Shown here one piece after another: positions 1 to 12,468 of a stretch of 64,000 nt of DNA. A model generated the notes under the pieces. The model had not been told where the DNA came from, searched no databases, and saw nothing but the letters and a program-made list of their open reading frames with translations. Origin of the DNA: Octopus sinensis (lineage: Eukaryota); the NCBI RefSeq assembly GCF_006345805.1, contig NC_043001.1:119784001-119848000 (forward strand), in the 5' to 3' direction. Every line of letters begins with the position of its first letter. Position 1 is the first letter of the stretch. Made by a program: the position numbers and the translations under genes.

Positions 1-237
1 TATCACACTCAGTACATGTTTTGGGGACTCGGATTGATACCCATCACTCTGAAATGTCCGTATTGGAGCTTCCAGTGTGAATGCCAAGCAGTACATTAGT
101 AATTTCTCACAGAAATGACGTTTTTCTCACAGAGGCTACTCAACTGACCATACTGTGTAGTCAACAAAATCAAGAACAATGTGTGTGTGAAAAATTAAAA
201 ATATGAAATGGCAACAATTTACCCATTGCACCCTGTA
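1..237. mobile_element. Possible Tc1/mariner-type DNA transposon end (remnant)
   Basis: Ends in CACCCTG-TA (229-237), a typical Tc1/mariner terminal motif plus TA target, next to a microsatellite. The partner end is not in the window. Confidence 0.3.
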
Positions 238-600
238 TATATATGTGTGTATGTATGTATGTGTGTGTGTGTGTGTGTGTATGTATATATTGTGAAGCAT
301 ATATAAATAATTATTGCAAATCCCATACAATTGTTGCTAATAACAACATAAAATTTTGATTTTATTCCAATTAATACCACTCCTTTTGCCATGCAGTATA
401 ATCATTTTCAAAAAAGTAAAATGTTTTTGATATGACATCATTAATTTATGATACTATATCATGTTTTTACCATGTCATATAGTCTTTTTCCCCGTATGGT
501 AATATCACTTTTCCAAGGGGTATTGTTATTTCCACTTAGTACCATCCTTTACTTAATGATATCCATTCTTTTAGGGTTCCTTCTTTAAAATACGATATTA

Positions 601-760
601 AATTAGTACAAGGTGAAAAGAGGGAAAAGGTCCTGTGATTACACCTAGAAAATTCCCTTCTGAGGCACAAGTCTGGGCAAGTTTGTTTTATGGAAGACCA
701 GCAGTTACCTATGCATACCAACCTCTCCTCTCTGTGTTACTGATGTCATCTAAGGAAAAG
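601..760 (-). mobile_element. SINE fragment, same family as 2028-2365
   Basis: Aligns with 2028-2205 (aattagtac..aaattcccttctga..caagtctgggcaag..actgatgt). Confidence 0.6.
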
Positions 761-764
761 AAGG

Positions 765-1700
765 GTGTGTGATAGGGTGGGTGGTGAAATAAGTGAGTGG
801 TTTGATGTGAAGGTGGGGTTAAGACAGGGTTGTGTGATGTCTCCGTGGCTGTTTGAGTCATATTTGGATGGTGTGGTGAGAAAGGTAAATGCTAGAACCC
901 TTGGTAGGGGAGCTCAAATGGTGGGAGAAAACGGAGAGAAATGGCAGGTGAGTTGGTTGTCGTTTGCTGATGATTCAGCATTGGGGGTAGATTCGGAAGA
1001 ACAACTGGTAGGGTTTGGAAGAGTGGGTGAGGGGAGGAAACTGAAAGTGAAAGTAGCTAAGAATAAGGGGATGAGATACTCGAGAGATGGAAGGGCTGGG
1101 GATGGGGATGGATGTGAGCATAAATGGTGAGATGTTAGAGAAGGATGGATGGGGGTTTGCTGAGGAGGCGGGATACAGAGTAAGGGAGGAGAGTAAGATA
1201 CTTAGAGTTGTCAATTTATATATACTGAGAGATAAACGGTTGAGTATGAAAGTGAAAAGAGGTGTGTATGAGGGCGTGATTGTACGGACAATGTTATATG
1301 GTGCAGAGACGTGGGGGATGAGAGAGGAGGAAAGGAGGCAACTGGATGTGTTTGAGATGAGATGACTGACGGCTATGGTTGGTGAGACACGGATGGACAG
1401 GATGAGGAATGAGGTGGTGCAAAAGCAAGCAGGAATGAAAGAAAAACTAACAACCAAAGTGGATAGACGAATGTTGAGGTGGTTTGGCCACATGGAGAGG
1501 ATGGATGAGGAGCAGATGGTAAGGAGGCTGATGAAGGCAGAAGTGGTGGGCAGCGGAACCATAGGCAGACCTTGGTTTGTGTGGATGGATGGATGGATGG
1601 AGGAAAGCTTTGGTGGTCAGAGGTGTTGGAGTGAGGGAGGCAAGAGAGTTTATAAATGATAGGAAAGCTTGGAGATTGTTTGTGGATGGATGAGTGAATT
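765..1700 (+). mobile_element. Decayed RTE-clade LINE, reverse transcriptase C-terminal half
   Basis: Frameshifted ORFs 765-1130, 1087-1365 and 1375-1659 give GLRQGCVMSPWLF, FADD, MLYGAETW, LDVFEMR and LRWFGHMERM, all RTE RT/C-terminal motifs. Confidence 0.9.
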
Positions 1701-2027
1701 TTGATGTTGCTGAAAGAGGTACAAAACTAACATAATGCAGCAGGGGTAAACCAGCATATACTGTCGGGCCCCGCAGCTGATATTGGGGTTGTATTCTATG
1801 CCTTGACCCAAGCATAAAATTGGGCTTGCCCCTTTGCACTGGAAAATGAATGGAATGCCTAGTGTGTATCTTGCTGTGACTACTCCCTGTTCTTTACCAT
1901 CCAGCATCATTGTTCTTTTGCTATTCTATATTGACTGTCTTCAATGTGGTATCATTCTTGACTTCACATGTTATTTTTCATGCTTGACAAATATACAATT
2001 AGTAGTGAAAAATACAAAATTAGTACA

Positions 2028-2365
2028 AAATTAGTACCAGGTGAAAAGAGTAAAGAGCCTCTTTGATCATAAATGACCATGTGATTAGACCCAGAAAATT
2101 CCCTTCTGAATCACAAGTCTGGGCAAGGTTGTTTATGGAGGACCTGCAGTTGCCCATGCACACCAATCTCTCATTTCTGTGTCACTGATGTTATCCAAGG
2201 GAAAGGCAAAGGCCAATACAGCTTGGCACCATTTCTACAACTGAGTGAACTTGAGCAACATGAAATAAAGTGTCTTGCTCAAGAACACAACACACAGACC
2301 AGTTTACGAAATCAAACTCACTACTTCATGATTGTGAACCCAACACTCTAAACTCTCAGCCATCA
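2028..2365 (-). mobile_element. tRNA-derived SINE
   Basis: The reverse strand reads a tRNA-like head (gatggctgagagt..gagtttgattt) followed by tgtgttcttgagcaagacacttt, a conserved SINE core-like motif. Confidence 0.65.
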
Positions 2366-4283
2366 ACTGCTAACAAAAACTAATATCTTCAGTACATCCC
2401 AAACTATATTTCAGATTTACGTAACATTGTCCGGAGTGCAACATTAGTTCTTTATATTTGTTTAATGACCTATGCCATGCTGCATAACAAAGAGAGAACA
2501 AAGACTTTGAAAGGAGAGTGCAAAAAAAAAGAAAGTTAATGCATGAGAAAGAGATAGAGAGAAAGAGAATAAGTGAGTGAAAGGGATTAAAAAATGTTTC
2601 ACTTTCAATTTGCATAATGAGAATTGTTTTTACATGAGCAGTACACTGAGTGTATTAAGAAATTTTAATAACTACATTGTAAAATACTGTGGGAAAATAT
2701 TAAAAAGTCCAAGTCTCATTGACATTTGATAAAATTTCAACACATCGAGTGAAAATTATGATCTTAAAAAATATGAAATTAAATATTATATTGTCATATA
2801 AAATGTCTCAAAATATTGTAGAATGACTAAACTTTCAAGTAAGAAGTAGTTGGTTGGTCTATCATTGTTTCTTAGTTTCTGTTCTTTAATCATAACTGAA
2901 GAGATTTTAACCAATTGTTTATTCACCAAGTATCAGTGCGTCTGATTCATTCATATTTTGTATGTTACGTCATATATGTCTAAGAAGAGAAAAACAACTA
3001 TAATCGTATAATCGTAACAATTATTCTTGAAAGATGAGCAAAAGATTATTAATATATATATATATATATATACATATATAATTAGGGTTCAGCAAAAGAA
3101 AAATTTGCTTTACCACACACCGAACTTTTAGAAATAGCATATATACATGTGTGTGTGTGTCTGTGTGTACACATGTGTTTATGACTGTCTTGCAATGTAA
3201 AAGATCAACCCAAACTAAAGACTAAATTTGAACTGTATAAAATCTGTAGCCTAGTTCAAGCTGCTGTTTTTTTTATCTCTACTACCATGCATTATTATTG
3301 TTCATGATGAGGTTTATGAATACAGTTCCTCTCTCAGTTGGTTGTATAAAGATTCTGTCTTCTCTTAGAAACACTAGCACTAGCAAAATTGAATTCTGGT
3401 GTCATGCTTACAAAATATTTTTAGAACCCATCTCTTGTCAAAGTCACACCCTATGATACTTTCTACATTTATGAATTAGCTGATTTGTGTGAAATGGCAT
3501 TTTATGTAGATATATTCCTTTTTGCCTGCCTATTTGAAATTTAGTCTCCTTATCTTACCTTTATTAAACACTCATGTCACCCCTAAAATAAACAAAACTG
3601 AAAATGCATTCACTTGGTAAAATATAATACAAAAAAGATTTAAGGATGAGTTTTACCTTCTTGATTCAAGTAAGGCATATAATATGAAATGAAGGCTGTT
3701 CAAGGAATTATGTGTATGAAGTAAGTTGAAGAGAGGTTTCATTTACTGCTTAATTATGATTTGCTAGTGACACAGAGACAAGAGTTATCAAAAACTGAAG
3801 CAAACGTGTGAGCAGTGTAATTTTCTTTAATTAGTGATGTTGCATGTGGGAGAGATTAGCAGTTATTTATTTTATATATATGTGTGTGTGTATGAACACA
3901 TACATATACACAAACACATAAAAACACACATGTATATATGCACAAACACACATACATATACACAGAGACATCTAAGAGTTTACAAGTCAGAAAAAAACAG
4001 GCACTCATATATTTGTCAATACAGTGGGTATATTAATATATTATATGTATTATATATATAATAGGGAGTATAACTCCAAACTTACAGGGAAAAGTTCAAT
4101 TTAGTATTAAATGAAATTTCACAATATAGATATAGATATATATAAATTAGATAAAAACCACTATTATGTAATTCAAACAATGATAGACATAAATCATACC
4201 ATATAGAAAAAATAAAATATATGATAAAACATTTACCTAGATCACAATAAAGTACATAATAAACAGTATATAATTAATAAATA

Positions 4284-4388
4284 GACTACATACATTTTGT
4301 GGCTATATCTTCAATTCGAATTAAATTAAATTTAAATTTAATCAATCCCAAAACAATTCAATTCAAAAATATAGTCACTCTTCAGGTC
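4284..4388 (-). ncRNA. Decayed hammerhead ribozyme with long stem II
   Basis: Minus strand: gac CTGAAGA gtgactatat...atatagccac AAAAT gtat GTA gtc. The GAAAC motif is altered, consistent with CpG decay. Confidence 0.55.
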
Positions 4389-5044
4389 AACAATAACAAT
4401 ACTAGTTAAATAAATACATATTTTTTTAATAAATAATCAAACAGAATTAAACAATATTTGTTAAAGAAATAAAAAATATTTCTTAAAGAAATAAAAGCAT
4501 GATTCTTCTTATAGAAGAAATTCCGTTAGCTAAATTTTAAACTTAAAAAGTAAGACCAAGTGTTTATAATACATTTATCACATTAAAGACCTAATCTAAA
4601 AAAATAGAGTAAATAGAGAGATATGTAGAAATAGGTATTTTATCTCTGAAGATATATTTTAGCATTGAGAATAATCTAAACAAACTATAGTATATCTTTA
4701 CTGGAAAAATATTAGAGTCTAATTAACTAAAATAAAAATACTTAAAATACATCATATACTTAAGTTAAGCTAAATTACTATAACTTAATCTATATTAATT
4801 AATTAATTAAATTATATATTTATTAATTTAAATAGACATCTAATTTTATCCTATACTAACTATGTACTAAACTATATACAAAACATGTGTAGACTTATAA
4901 TATATCTTATATCAACAATGCTGCAGCCATAATCCTGCAATAGTATTTTATATATATTTCAAAAATATACTCACAAATAATTTAAACTTACTGTATAATT
5001 AAATTAATTTATGTCTATAACTAATATTTCACTCAATGACAGAA

Positions 5045-6480
5045 TAAACAAAGTACTTATTATTATTATTAAATTCAATAGTATATAAAGAAAAAAAAAC
5101 TTTACACTACTTATACTATAATATTTCACATTACAAACTACTTCACAAAACAACCATAAATAATACTTTTAGATTTTAGTTCACATATAATAATTATAAT
5201 GGTAAGAATGATTAAATAAATGTACATATCTTAAATTATAATTAACAAAAAGAAATAGAAATACATATTTTTTTATCAATAATCATATAAATTTCACCAT
5301 TATTTCTTAAATAAAAGGAATATTTATTTTTTCGAAGATATTTTATGAACTAAAAATTTTTAATTAAAGACGTATAACTTAGTGCTTATATGTCTAGATC
5401 TAATATTTCGCTTATTAAGGGAATAACAAAAGTACTTATCATTATTATTAAATTCAATAGTTCCAAAAAAATAATAAATTTTCCCTACCTATACTATGAT
5501 ATCTTACATTACAAAGTATTTCACAAAGCAATCACACTTAATACTTTTAGATTTTAGTTCACATATAATAATTATAATAAGAAGAATATTTAAATAAATG
5601 TACGTATCTAATTTATAATTAACAAATAAAAAAATTAGAAATCCATATTTTTCAATCAATAATCATATAAAGTACAGCATTATTTCTTACATAAATTTTA
5701 TACTTATTTTTTCGAAGATATTTATGAACTAAAAATTCAAAACTAAAAACATATTACTTAGCGTCTATAATTTTTTTTGTGAAACAAGTGTTTAGTATTA
5801 TTATTATTAAATTCAATAGTTCAAAAACATAATAACTTTTCACGACCTAAACTAAAATTTTACATTACAAACAATTTCACAAAGCAACCACACTTAATAC
5901 TTTTAGATTTTAGTTCACATATAATAATTATAATAATAAGAATAATTTAAAAAAATAATTAAATAAATGTAAGTATCTAAATTATAATTAGAAATAAAAA
6001 AATTAGAAATCCATATTTTTCAATCAATAATCATATAAAGTACAGCATTATTTCTTACATAAATTTTATACTTATTTTTTCGAAGATATTTATGAACTAA
6101 AAATTCAAAACTAAAAACATATTACTTAGCGTCTATAATTTTTTTTTGTGAAACAAGTGTTTAGTATTATTATTATTATTAAATTCAATAGTTCCAAAAA
6201 CATAATAACTTTTCACGACCTAAACTAAAATATTTTACATTACAAACAATTTCACAAAGCAACCACACTTAATACTTTTAGATTTTAGTTCACATATAAT
6301 AATTATAATAATAAGAATAATTAAAAAAAATAATTAAATAAATGTAAGTATCTAAATTATAATTAGAAATAAAAAAATTAGAAATCCATATTTTTCAATC
6401 AATAAGCATATAAATTACACCATTATTTCTTAAATAAATTTTATTCTTATCTTTTCGAAGATATTTTATGAACTAAAAAT
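5045..6480. repeat. Tandem repeat, about 370 bp x 4, very AT-rich
   Basis: Unit marker tattattaaattcaatagt recurs near 5065, 5443, 5802 and 6174. aatacttttagattttagttcacatataataattataat occurs in each unit. Confidence 0.9.
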
Positions 6481-6720
6481 ATTTGATCTGAAGAGTAACT
6501 ATAGTTTTAAATTGAATTGTTTTGGGATCGATTAAATTTAAATTTAATTGTAATTCGAATTGAAAAAATATATGTAGTCTATTTATTAATTATATACTGT
6601 TTATTTATTATTATGTACTTTATTGTGATCTAGATATATGTTTTATCATATATTTTATTTTTTCTATATGGTATGATTTATGTCTATCCTTGTTTGAATT
6701 ACATAATAGTGGTTTTTCTC

Positions 6721-6769
<49 letters not shown>

Positions 6770-6812
6770 GTGTGTGTGTACATGTTTGTGCGTTTGTGTT
6801 TGTCCCCCAACT

Positions 6813-7037
6813 ATTTATTTCTTTACTGCCCACAAGGGGCTAAACATAGAGGGGACAAACAAGGACAGACAAACGGATTAAGTCGATTACGTCGACTCCA
6901 GTGCGTAACTGGTACTTAATTTATCGACCCCGAAAGGATGAAAGGCAAAGTCAACCTTGGCGGAATTTGAACTCACAACGTAACGACAGACGAAATACGG
7001 CTACGCATTTCACCCGGCGTGCTAACGTTTCTGCCAG
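6813..7037 (-). mobile_element. tRNA-derived SINE with Meta-like central domain, nested in another SINE
   Basis: Reverse strand: gagttcaaattccgccaaggttgactttgcctttcatcctttcggggtcgataaattaagtaccag. It interrupts the other SINE family between tgtcccccaac (6801) and ttgacaattgatg (7039). Confidence 0.75.
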
Positions 7038-7186
7038 GTTGACAATTGATGTTGAAGTGTTGATGTCCCCATAACTTAGCAGTTTGGCAAAAAGATAACA
7101 ATAGATTAAGTACTAGGTTTACTAAGAATAAGTCCTGAGGTCAATTTTTTTGTCTCCTTGTTTCTCTCCTTGTTTTTTCTGTGTTC

Positions 7187-7222
7187 CTTTCTGTAGAAGA
7201 GTCTAGGCTCGAAACGTAAAAG
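7187..7222 (+). ncRNA. Minimal hammerhead-like motif with U at core position 6
   Basis: cttt CTGTAGA a gagtctaggctc GAAAC GTA aaag. A second copy lies at 12047-12084. Confidence 0.5.
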
Positions 7223-7412
7223 ACTTTTTCTATTCCTGAGCATTATACTAATACATCTGTTTGTTTTGTACACCACCTGTCTTCATCTTTTGTTTTTTTC
7301 GTAAACTTTCCCTATATATATATATATATATCTACATATATATACATATACATATATATATATATAATATATATATAATATTATATATATATATAATATA
7401 TATATACGTATG

Positions 7413-7457
<45 letters not shown>

Positions 7458-7482
7458 AAAAATCTATATGTGTGTGAATGTA

Positions 7483-7697
7483 AGGTAGCGAACTGACAGA
7501 GTTGTTAGATTGCCAGTGAAAATGCATAGCAGCATTTTGCCCATCTTAATGTTCTGAGTTGAAATACTGCCGGGGTTGACTTTGCCTTTCCTCCCTTCAG
7601 GGTAGATAAAATAACTGCCAGTTGAGACCTAGGGTTAGTGTAATTGACTTACCCAAGCCCCTTGAACTCGCTAGCCTTGTACCAAAATTTGAAACCA
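7483..7697 (+). mobile_element. Meta-like SINE copy
   Basis: aggtagcgaactgacaga..ctgagttgaaatactgccggggttgactttgcctttc..gataaaataactgccagtt. Confidence 0.65.
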
Positions 7698-8119
7698 ATA
7701 TGTGTATGCATGTATATGTGTGTATATATATATATACATGCACACACACACACACACACACACATACATATACATATACATATTTATATGCAGTCATAGA
7801 GTGACCAATGTTTTCACATCCATAAAGGGCCTAGCTCCATTAATGACATAATAGAAGGCTTTGGCTTTAGAGTCTGACAAGCCATCCATGGGGTTAGGCC
7901 TGTTATGGATGTGAAACCATCGGTCATTCTATGACTGGACATAGACTTACCTGCATATAGATACATTACTGCTTTAGGCTGTGCTTCTTTTTCGGATATA
8001 TGATACATTGATGATATACACACACACACATGGACACTCATGCATACACTTGGACACTCATACATACACTCACATACATACACAAACATACACTCACACA
8101 CACACATACAATGAACAGC

Positions 8120-8615
8120 TACTGGGAAAGGTTGAAACAGCTAAGACTCTACTCCCTGGAGAGAAGGTGAGAGAAGTATGCAGTAATATATATCTTGAAG
8201 ATCTTAGAAGGAACTGTGCCAAATTTTGGCATTGAAAGCTACACAAGTGCCAGAACGGGTTGACACTGCATAGTGCCAAAAATCCCAGCAATGCCGTCGT
8301 GCTTCAGGACCAGTTACTGCAACAGCCTGGGTTTCAAGGGCCCACAGCTTTTTAATATTCTCTCAAAGAACCTGAGAAATCTCCACAAAGTAGATGTAGG
8401 TGTTTTTAAATCAAGGCTGGACCTCTTCCTGTCAAAAGTCCTAGATGAACCTAGTCAAGAGTCCTAGAAGAGGTGCAAATGAGGGTAGCTACATCAAACT
8501 CCATTCTACACCAGGTGCCATATATTGAAGGAAGATTACAGTAATAAAAGTGTAGCAAAATGGTGGTGCTCCAGCGTGGCCATAGCTATGAGCTGAAACT
8601 ACAAAAACAAAAAAA
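8120..8615 (+). mobile_element. CR1-group LINE 3' end
   Basis: ORF 8273-8467 contains SLGFKGPQLFNILSKNLRN..FKSRLDLFLSKVLDEP, a CR1-group ORF2 C-terminus. The tail is ggtggtgctccagcgtggcc..ctgaaac plus an A-rich end. Confidence 0.75.
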
Positions 8616-9229
8616 GTATTGCAGTGTGCTCTGTGGTTTTAAGAACCTGATCAACTGTCTCTATGGTTATGAATAGTAAGATGGAATGAAATTAAGTGAG
8701 GAGAATCTATTGATGAAACAAAAGAAGGGGAGGCTTTGTGAGAAAATGTTTATATTAAGAGCTTACATGTGATTGAGGAGAATATAAAAATTAGCAAGTT
8801 AAAAGAAAAGGAAATAAACTAACATGTAGCCATTCTATATTTCTATTGAATGTTTGGTGATTCTGTGAATCATCTACCATTAATTAATGAAATTTCTTTA
8901 TGATAAAACACATTAAAAAACAACCTGTGCTTTATCAAAACCTGATTGAATCAGATCAGCATGTCCAAATAAAAAATATCGGTCGTCTGGTGATACAAAG
9001 CACAAATAGATATTTTTCATATTCTAGAATAGTTTAGTTATATTTTTAGTAGATTCTTGGTGTTTGTTTCCATTTTTAGAAATCTAATTTCAAAGGAATT
9101 TAATTTTCTTAGATATTAAATGTGAGAGTAAATAGAGTTTTTTGTAAAGCATGAACTAGATTTTGTATTAAAAAAATAATAAACATACAGGTGTGAATGT
9201 ATGTCTGTTGAAGATACAAACACACACAT

Positions 9230-9270
9230 AAATATATATATATATACATGTATATATATATATACATATA

Positions 9271-9311
<41 letters not shown>

Positions 9312-9353
9312 CATATATTATATATATAACATATATATATATATATATAATAT

Positions 9354-9386
<33 letters not shown>

Positions 9387-9387
9387 C

Positions 9388-9444
<57 letters not shown>

Positions 9445-9475
9445 CATCACCATCATCATCATCATCATCATCAAA
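9230..9475. repeat. (TA)n microsatellite plus (CAT)n SINE tail
   Basis: Direct sequence. Representative of many TA tracts (e.g. 10490-10660, 15810-16270, 16548-16630, 28580-28730, 35065-35180). Confidence 0.95.
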
Positions 9476-10485
9476 TGTCCAGCTTCCTTGTTGGCATAGG
9501 TTGGACAGTTTGACACAGACTGCATTGTGTATCAGCATCAGCTTTGGTATAGTTTTTAAGGCCAGATGCCTTTCCTAATGCCAGTCATGTGTTTGGAAGT
9601 CTACAAACCTGAAATTCTGCATTCTTATGTAAACTGGGGTGATTCAGGCATGAAGAAAGAGGTTGGGATAGAGCAACCCTTTGTTGTTTATGAGCTACAT
9701 TTCACATTAAGGAGAGAGGGTAAGCATGAATTGGAGCTGTCACCAAATGTGTGTATGTGTGTGAGTGTGTGTGCATGCATGTGCACATGCACTGGTGTGT
9801 ATATGTGTGTTCATGTGTATGCATGTGTGTGTGTTTGTGTGTGCGTGAGTGTGTTTATGTGATGCATGTGTGTATGTATGTATGTATGTATATGTGTGTG
9901 TGTGTGTATGTGTATGTGTCTGTATCATCTTCATCATCATTTAGTGTCTGTTTTCCATGCTGGCATGTGTTAGACTGAAACTGGTAAACTGAAGCGCTAC
10001 ACCAACTTCTAGTCTGATTTGGCAAAGTTTCTATGGCTGGATGCCCTTCCTAATGCCAACTACTCCACACACACTTTTCAGATTTTTGAACTTACTGACC
10101 AATAACAATATATATATATATATAGATATACACAGATATATACACACATATGTGTATATATTTCAATACACTGTCTCACACACACACACATGCACAATGG
10201 AGCTCAAATGCTCTTCTGACTTGTTGAATTCTGTTAAACCATCCAACCCATAGCAATATGGAATATGAATGTGAAATGATGAAGATGAAGATGATGAAGT
10301 ATGATGAATATATACATGTCTATATGTGTAGATTTTATTCAATATATATAATGCATGTACATATTTATATCTAAATTCTATATATATTTATATATCTATG
10401 TATATATATATACATATAACTTCATGTAAATACTTTACTGCTCTGACCTTTAGAATGTACTTCGTTTTTGGATATATGATCCACT

Positions 10486-10552
<67 letters not shown>

Positions 10553-10627
10553 TATGTATATATATATGAATATATATATATGCACATACATACATATATA
10601 TATATATAAATTTATGTACGTATACAC

Positions 10628-10658
<31 letters not shown>

Positions 10659-10665
10659 GTGAAAC

Positions 10666-11074
10666 ATGGGCTACAACAAAGAGAGAAGAGCAGAGACTAG
10701 AAATGGCTCAAAGAGCCATCGAAAGGTCAATGCTTGGAATCTCGTTGAGAGAGCACATCAGTAGCGAGATCATCAGAAAGAAGTCCGGCGTGAGGGATGT
10801 CATCGCAGAGTATACACGCAGCAAGTTTAGATGGGCTGCACACGTCGCCCGGCTCACCGATAATCAGTGGACCCGCACAATTGTCAAGTGGTATAACGTG
10901 TAAGCGGAAATGACCACCCGGAAAGCCTCCACAACGATGGAGTTTCAATTTCAGGAGGACGATTGGGATCACGTGGATGAGAAAGGCATGATCCAGAGAG
11001 GAGTGGACAGAGTGCTGTGACCAGTGGTATCAAATGGATGCCTGGCGGACTGGTCAGTCATGGTGATCAAGGTG

Positions 11075-11075
<1 letters not shown>
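10666..11075 (+). mobile_element. RTE-clade LINE 3' end
   Basis: ORF 10703-10903: AQRAIERSMLGISLREH..KFRWAAHVAR..W. The 3' tail is ctggtcagtcatggtgatcaaggtga followed by (TA)n. Confidence 0.85.
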
Positions 11076-11107
<32 letters not shown>

Positions 11108-11143
11108 TATATATATATACATATACATAGATACATACATACA

Positions 11144-11212
<69 letters not shown>

Positions 11213-11214
11213 TG

Positions 11215-11510
11215 ACATATAGACATCAGTTTATTCAAAGATATTCAAATTAAAATAACATGAAATTTTTATCCCTACAGCCGTTTCCATACCCAATTAA
11301 TTCAATTAGAGAAATTAAATTGAATTATATTAATTCAAAATTTTCATATTGAAACTGGTTAATTGGGTATTTCATCAGGGGAGAATTTTCCAGAAAGGAA
11401 TTTAATTTAATTTCTCTAATTGAATTAATTGGCTATGGAAACAACTGTAGGGATAAGAATTTCATATTATATTGATTTGAATATCTTTGAAGAAAATGAG
11501 GTCTATATGT
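11215..11510. mobile_element. Fold-back insert (inverted arms) carrying a hammerhead
   Basis: 11215-11322 is the reverse complement of about 11403-11510. Confidence 0.7.
11272..11381 (-). ncRNA. Type I hammerhead ribozyme, extended stem II
   Basis: Minus strand: ccc CTGATGA aatacccaattaa...ttaattgggtatg GAAAC ggct GTA ggg. The core is intact and stems I, II and III all pair. Confidence 0.7.
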
Positions 11511-11687
11511 GAATTTCTCCATTTTCTTCTTTTCCTCATTCATAAATATTTTAAACACCCACATCCATCAATGCAAAACTAACGGATTTAGTTTTTCACT
11601 GAACACTGGTAAAAATCAGAGAAATAGGATGCAAACATCCCTTAAAGGATTATAGGTACTTAGGATAATTACATATATACATATATT

Positions 11688-11878
11688 ATCATCATCATCA
11701 TCATCGATTAACGTCCGCTTTCCATGCTAGCATGGGTTGGACGGTTTGACTCAGAGTTGGCGAACCAGATGGCTGCACCAGGCTCCAATCTTGATCTGAC
11801 AGAGTTTCTACAGCTGGATGCCCTTCCTAACACCAACCACTCTGAGAGTGTAGTGGGTGCTTTTACGTGCCACCGGCA
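11688..11878 (-). mobile_element. SINE-like repeat with (GAT)n tail (abundant family)
   Basis: (cat)n cgattaacgtccgctttccatgctagcatgggttggacg..ctggatgcccttcctaacaccaaccactc. Further copies near 9450, 9930, 20797, 24200-24620, 36201, 39225, 42550, 48670 and 59808. Confidence 0.8.
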
Positions 11879-11961
11879 TATATATATATATTATTCGACT
11901 AAAGGCTGTGCTCCAAGCACGGCTGCAGTCAAATGACTGAAACAAGTAAAAGAATAAAAGA

Positions 11962-12008
<47 letters not shown>

Positions 12009-12046
12009 ATAATTCATATATATATATCCTTGTTTTTTTCTGTGCA

Positions 12047-12084
12047 TCTTTCTGTCGAAGATCGTAGGCTCGAAACATAAAAGA
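12047..12084 (+). ncRNA. Minimal hammerhead-like motif (U6 variant), second copy
   Basis: tcttt CTGTCGA agatcgtaggctc GAAAC ATA aaaga. Confidence 0.4.
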
Positions 12085-12154
12085 CTTTTTCTATTTCTAT
12101 TCCTGAGCTCTATACCAATACATTTGTTTGTTTGTACTCCACCTGCCTTCGTCT

Positions 12155-12306
12155 TTCAGATGCCGAAGTGGAAATCCACAACACCATCTCTTCGGTTATC
12201 TGGCCATCTGAAAAACGCTATGAAAAAATACCGTTTTTCATAGCGTTTTTCAGATGGCCAGATAACTGAAGAGATGGTGTTGTGGATTTCCACTTCGGCA
12301 TCTGAA
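12155..12306. repeat. Near-perfect palindrome of about 150 bp with hammerhead-like half
   Basis: ttcagatgccgaagtgg...atgaaaaa/tttttcat...ccacttcggcatctgaa. The right arm has CTGAAGA gatg...catc tgaac. Confidence 0.8.
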
Positions 12307-12424
12307 CTCAGAGTTTTATCTTGACTATTGAGTAATTGTAACATATTTTTTTATAGATAAATTCCCTCTGTTTACATAATATTGAGGTGTCTCTTTCTTT
12401 CTTTTGTTATCTTACTGTTTTTAC

Positions 12425-12468
<44 letters not shown>

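Larger units (their letters stand above)
4041..6730 (-). mobile_element. Non-autonomous Penelope-like element with inverted terminal arms and an internal tandem array
   Basis: Inverted arms of about 250 bp at 4141-4390 and 6483-6730. The extra tail at 4041-4140 is shared with the elements at 13631-14153 and 49705-50190. Hammerhead relic in the arms. Flanked by (TA)n. Confidence 0.7.

Noticed and set aside
975-1562. 195-aa minus-strand ORF
   Set aside because: Antisense shadow of the RTE LINE fragment.
5045-6480. Mitochondrial control-region insertion or CRISPR-like array
   Set aside because: No mitochondrial genes or tRNAs are adjacent and there are no unique spacers. It is bounded by element arms.
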